Shown here piece by piece: positions 60,892 through 64,000 of a stretch of DNA of 64,000 nucleotides. Below the pieces are notes generated by a model. That model ran no database searches, was not told the origin of the DNA, and saw only the letters and a program-made list of their open reading frames with translations. A program made the translations under genes and the position numbers. The stretch is from contig NZ_JABAZW010000013.1 of assembly GCF_018608325.1 (NCBI RefSeq), forward strand, positions 8,009-72,008, written 5' to 3'. This stretch comes from Brevundimonas sp. GTDB taxonomy: Bacteria; Pseudomonadota; Alphaproteobacteria; Caulobacterales; Caulobacteraceae. How positions within the stretch are numbered: the stretch's first letter is position 1; each line of letters begins with the position of its first letter.

Positions 60892-62187
60892 ATGGACCTC
60901 GCAAAACGCGCCTATGACCACGGCTTCCGCCTGGACCCGATTGTTCGCAGTCTGCTGGACACGGACTTCTACAAGCTGCTGATGCTGCAGATGATCTGGC
61001 GCGAGCATCGCGACGTGCCGGTCACCTTCCAGGTCATCAATCGCACCAAACGCGTGCGTCTGGCCGAGGAAATCGACATCGGCGTGCTGCGCGATCATCT
61101 GGATCACGCCCGCACCCTGCGCTTCACCAACAAGGAGTTGGTCTGGCTGGCGGGCAACAGCTTCTATGGCGTGAAGCAGATCTTCTCGCCCGACTTCATC
61201 GCCTGGCTGACCGACTATCAACTGCCCGAATATGACCTGTCGGTTGAGGACGGGCAGTATGTGCTGACCTTCTCTGGCGGCTGGGCCGATGTGACCCTGT
61301 GGGAGATCCCCGCGCTGGCCATTCTGAACGAACTGCGCTGCCGGGTCGGGATGCGGCGTCTGGGACGGTTCGAACTGGACATCCTGTATTCCCGCGCCAA
61401 GACCCGGCTGTGGTCCAAGGTGGAGCGGCTGCGGCTCTTGCCCGATCTGGCCCTGTCGGATTTCGGCACGCGGCGTCGCCACGGCTTCCTGTGGCAACGC
61501 TGGTGCATTCAGGCGCTGAAGGAAGGGCTGGGATCGTCCTTCATCGGCACCTCGAATGTGCTGCACGCGATGGAAAATGATCTGGAGGCCATCGGCACCA
61601 ATGGCCATGAACTGCCGATGGTGCTGGCGGCTCTGGCCCCGGACGACGCCACCCTGGCCCAGACCCCCTATGCCGTGCTGGACGAATGGCGCAGGCACTA
61701 TGCGGGCAATCTGCTGATCGTCCTGCCCGACGCCTTCGGCACCGAGGCGTTTCTGGAGCAGGCGCCGGAATGGGTCGCAGACTGGACCGGCTTCCGCCCC
61801 GATTCCGCGCCGCCCATCCCGGCGGGCGAGCGCCTGATCGACTGGTGGAAATCGCATGGGCGCGATCCGAAAGATAAGCTGCTGATCTTCTCGGACGGCA
61901 TGGACATCGACGGCATCGAGGCGACCCACGCCCATTTCCACGGCCGCGCCCGTCTCAGCTTCGGCTGGGGCACCAATCTGACCAATGATTTCCGCGACTG
62001 TTCCCCCGCCTTCGCACCGGAACTGGAGCCGATTTCGCTGGTCTGCAAGGTGGTCGCCGCTGGCGGTCGCCCGGCCGTCAAACTGTCGGACAATCCAGAG
62101 AAGGCCGTGGGTGATCCGGCCGAGATCGAACGCTATCGCCGCGTCTTCGGCGTGCGTGGTCTGACCGCGCAACCGGTCATCGTCTGA
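60892..62187 (+). CDS. pncB: Nicotinate phosphoribosyltransferase
   Basis: ..[22 protein letters not shown].. N-terminus and ..FGTRRRH.. motif. The ATG at 60892 follows AGGAAG. Confidence 0.92.
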   Translation: MDLAKRAYDHGFRLDPIVRSLLDTDFYKLLMLQMIWREHRDVPVTFQVINRTKRVRLAEEIDIGVLRDHLDHARTLRFTNKELVWLAGNSFYGVKQIFSPDFIAWLTDYQLPEYDLSVEDGQYVLTFSGGWADVTLWEIPALAILNELRCRVGMRRLGRFELDILYSRAKTRLWSKVERLRLLPDLALSDFGTRRRHGFLWQRWCIQALKEGLGSSFIGTSNVLHAMENDLEAIGTNGHELPMVLAALAPDDATLAQTPYAVLDEWRRHYAGNLLIVLPDAFGTEAFLEQAPEWVADWTGFRPDSAPPIPAGERLIDWWKSHGRDPKDKLLIFSDGMDIDGIEATHAHFHGRARLSFGWGTNLTNDFRDCSPAFAPELEPISLVCKVVAAGGRPAVKLSDNPEKAVGDPAEIERYRRVFGVRGLTAQPVIV

Positions 62188-62223
62188 AACCCGCCCTTAA
62201 GCTCAACCGTGCATAAGGGCGTC

Positions 62224-62964
62224 ATGAACGCCTTTATCGACAAGATGCGCCGTCGCGCAGGCCGCTATCTCGACGTCCGCCCAATGGCCGTCCAGCCCGC
62301 TCGCGGGGTGCTCAGCCTGTCGTTCGACGACATACCCGTCAGCGCCTGGACCGAGGCCGGGCCCATCCTGGTCGAGCATGGGGTGCTGGCCACATATTAT
62401 GTCTGCGGCGGTCTGGCGGGCGGTCGCAACATGGACCTGCCCCAGTTCGAGGTCGAACACCTGCAGGACCTGTACGAAGCGGGCCATGAGGTCGGCTGCC
62501 ATACCTATGAGCACGTCTCGACCCTGAGGCTGTCGCCTGCTGAACTGGACGCCAGTCTGGCCCGCAACGCCGCTTGGGTGGCCGAACGTCTGGACGGTTA
62601 TGAGATGCAGACCTTCGCCTATCCGTTCGGCGACTGTGCGCGAACGGCCAAGCCCGTGATCGACAGCCGGTTCCTGTGCGGACGAGGCGTGCGTGATGGC
62701 GTCAATGCAGGAAGCGCCGACCGTAATCTGCTGCAGGCCGTCGGCCTAGAGAGCCGTCGCCTGCCGGGCTATGATCTGGAGAAGTTGGTCGAGGAGACGG
62801 CGGCGTCAAAGGGCTGGCTGATCGCCTATGGCCATGACGTCAGCGACGCGCCGACGCCGTATGGCTGCCGTCCCGAGGACATCGACCGCCTGATCCGTCT
62901 GGCCAAGGCTGCTGATCTGGACATCCAGCCGGTCGCGGCGGCATGGCGGTTGGCGACCTCCTAA
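62224..62964 (+). CDS. Polysaccharide deacetylase (NodB-type) family protein
   Basis: ..LSLSFDDIPVSAW..HEVGCHTYEH.. NodB motifs. Start is ATG 62224 or GTG 62209. Confidence 0.8.
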   Translation: MNAFIDKMRRRAGRYLDVRPMAVQPARGVLSLSFDDIPVSAWTEAGPILVEHGVLATYYVCGGLAGGRNMDLPQFEVEHLQDLYEAGHEVGCHTYEHVSTLRLSPAELDASLARNAAWVAERLDGYEMQTFAYPFGDCARTAKPVIDSRFLCGRGVRDGVNAGSADRNLLQAVGLESRRLPGYDLEKLVEETAASKGWLIAYGHDVSDAPTPYGCRPEDIDRLIRLAKAADLDIQPVAAAWRLATS

Positions 62965-62967
62965 GTT

Positions 62968-63095
62968 CGTCATCCTAGGCCTTGTGCCTAGGATCCATAC
63001 GCTCGGTGTCAGCCGCTCAACGGCCGTTGCCTGACACTCCGACCAATCGGTGAAGCCTCTGTCTATGGATCCTAGGCACAAGGCCTAGGATGACG
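62968..63095. repeat. 128-bp nested palindromic (MITE/REP-like) element filling the gap between convergent genes
   Basis: Perfect 32-bp terminal inverted repeats: CGTCATCCTAGGCCTTGTGCCTAGGATCCATA (62968-62999) and its complement (63064-63095). Each arm is itself a hairpin (ATCCTAGGC/GCCTAGGAT). There is also a central GTGTCAG/CTGACAC hairpin (63006-63037). Confidence 0.85.
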
Positions 63096-63104
63096 GTGTT
63101 TTAG

Positions 63105-63998
63105 TCAAACTGCCGCCTTCCGCCGATCCGCCCAGGCGATCAGCTCTTTCCTCGGCCAGATCATAAGCCACGACCGGGCGGTGTATTCGCCGCTGTCGAT
63201 CAACGCCTTGCGCGATGCCGACGCCGTGCCAGCCCGCTCGGTGTGGATCGGCGCCGGGCCCTGATGCACCATGAAGGCGCCGCCGTTCAGAGGGTTCAGG
63301 CGCAGGTGGGCCAGACGCGGGCTGATCTCGGTCAGCGGCGGATCATAGAACCAGCTGGAGCCGATCATGCCTGCCAGTTCAGGACGCGTACGACAGATTT
63401 CCGCCGCTGTGGCCCAGGCCTCGTTCCAGCCATCCTCGTTGAAACCGCGCAGCCACCGGCTTTCGGTGTGAACCTCCAGCCACGGCTCCTTCTTCGCCCC
63501 CGCCGCCAGATAGCGGAACAGTGGCTTCAGCCCCCAGCCCTGACGCACATGGGTGATGATCTGCCCTGGCCCGACCGGTGAACTCAGATCAATGACCTGG
63601 CTCTTGGCGCCCGGCACGCTGAGCGCCAGCGAGAAGCGCACGTCCTTGGACCAGTGGTCGAAATCATAATCGCCATCAGCCTTGGTCAGGAAGGCGGCCA
63701 GTTGTTCGATCCAATAGGGATATAGCGCGATCACCTCGGCAGGCAGAGCCATCGCCTGCACCCGGTCAGGCAGTTGCAGCGTCCACGCCGCCACCAGCCC
63801 CCGTCGCACGTCGTTGGACGCATCCGCCCCCAGCACCAGATCGACCGCCTTGGCGGGCAGCTCGAAATCCCAGTGCGGTGCGGCCTCCACAGCCTTTGCG
63901 GCGGCGGGCGCCAGCGCGGCGTCCACGCGGGCGCGGTCCCCAAGAGAGAGCCTGTCCAGCACGGCCTGGAAGGCGGCGACATCGGGCGTCAGGTGCAT
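63105..63998 (-). CDS. Hypothetical protein
   Basis: From the ORF track, 297 aa, with normal-looking composition. No domain recognised. Confidence 0.6.
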   Translation of the reverse strand: MHLTPDVAAFQAVLDRLSLGDRARVDAALAPAAAKAVEAAPHWDFELPAKAVDLVLGADASNDVRRGLVAAWTLQLPDRVQAMALPAEVIALYPYWIEQLAAFLTKADGDYDFDHWSKDVRFSLALSVPGAKSQVIDLSSPVGPGQIITHVRQGWGLKPLFRYLAAGAKKEPWLEVHTESRWLRGFNEDGWNEAWATAAEICRTRPELAGMIGSSWFYDPPLTEISPRLAHLRLNPLNGGAFMVHQGPAPIHTERAGTASASRKALIDSGEYTARSWLMIWPRKELIAWADRRKAAV

Positions 63999-64000
63999 AT

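Overview
GC-rich alphaproteobacterial DNA, probably Caulobacterales (Brevundimonas/Caulobacter-like): it carries a divK-pleD pair, a GapR-type protein and an N-terminally extended DinB. Positions 1 to about 36.9 kb are the right-hand part of an integrated siphovirus-like prophage whose left end lies outside the window. The prophage modules are: (1) a translationally coupled early/replication operon at 1-5573 (HNH-AP2 endonuclease, GapR-like protein, SSB, VRR-NUC nuclease, DnaA-domain-IV-like protein, and a replication protein containing an iteron cluster); (2) an A/T-richer mixed-strand cargo island at 5.6-8.7 kb; (3) packaging, head and tail genes at 8772-30644, interrupted by two moron insertions; (4) a lysis cassette at 30674-32669 (holin-like proteins, M15 endolysin, overlapping spanins); (5) further cargo and a minus-strand integrase-proximal operon that includes an SRAP/YedK-like protein; and (6) a tyrosine integrase at 35568-36785 with repeat-rich att-proximal DNA. 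Positions 37.1-64 kb are ordinary host chromosome. In order it carries a GH3 beta-glucosidase, a TetR/MFS pair, cysE, NUDIX, nitroreductase, DedA and DUF817 genes, then a low-GC single-gene DUF4238 island. These are followed by queF, a nitronate monooxygenase, a porin-like OMP, csp and a CBS/CGL transsulfuration pair. The last stretch holds rnr, a frameshifted NUDIX gene, rpmG, pleD-divK, dinB, pncB and a polysaccharide deacetylase. I found no rRNA, tRNA, CRISPR array or IS element. No large canonical defence gene is visible. The best candidates for something undescribed are the prophage cargo islands, which are made of small proteins I cannot assign to any family: 5.6-8.7 kb (with a structured 560-nt non-coding region), 19.6-20.6 kb, 24.4-24.7 kb, and 32.7-33.5 kb (which holds a third member of a secreted 2-Cys protein family first seen in the 5.6-8.7 kb island). 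Other notable items are the phage GapR plus DnaA-domain-IV-like pair, the DUF4238 islet, and several palindromic elements. All functional links between these genes are inference from sequence reading only; no searches were run.
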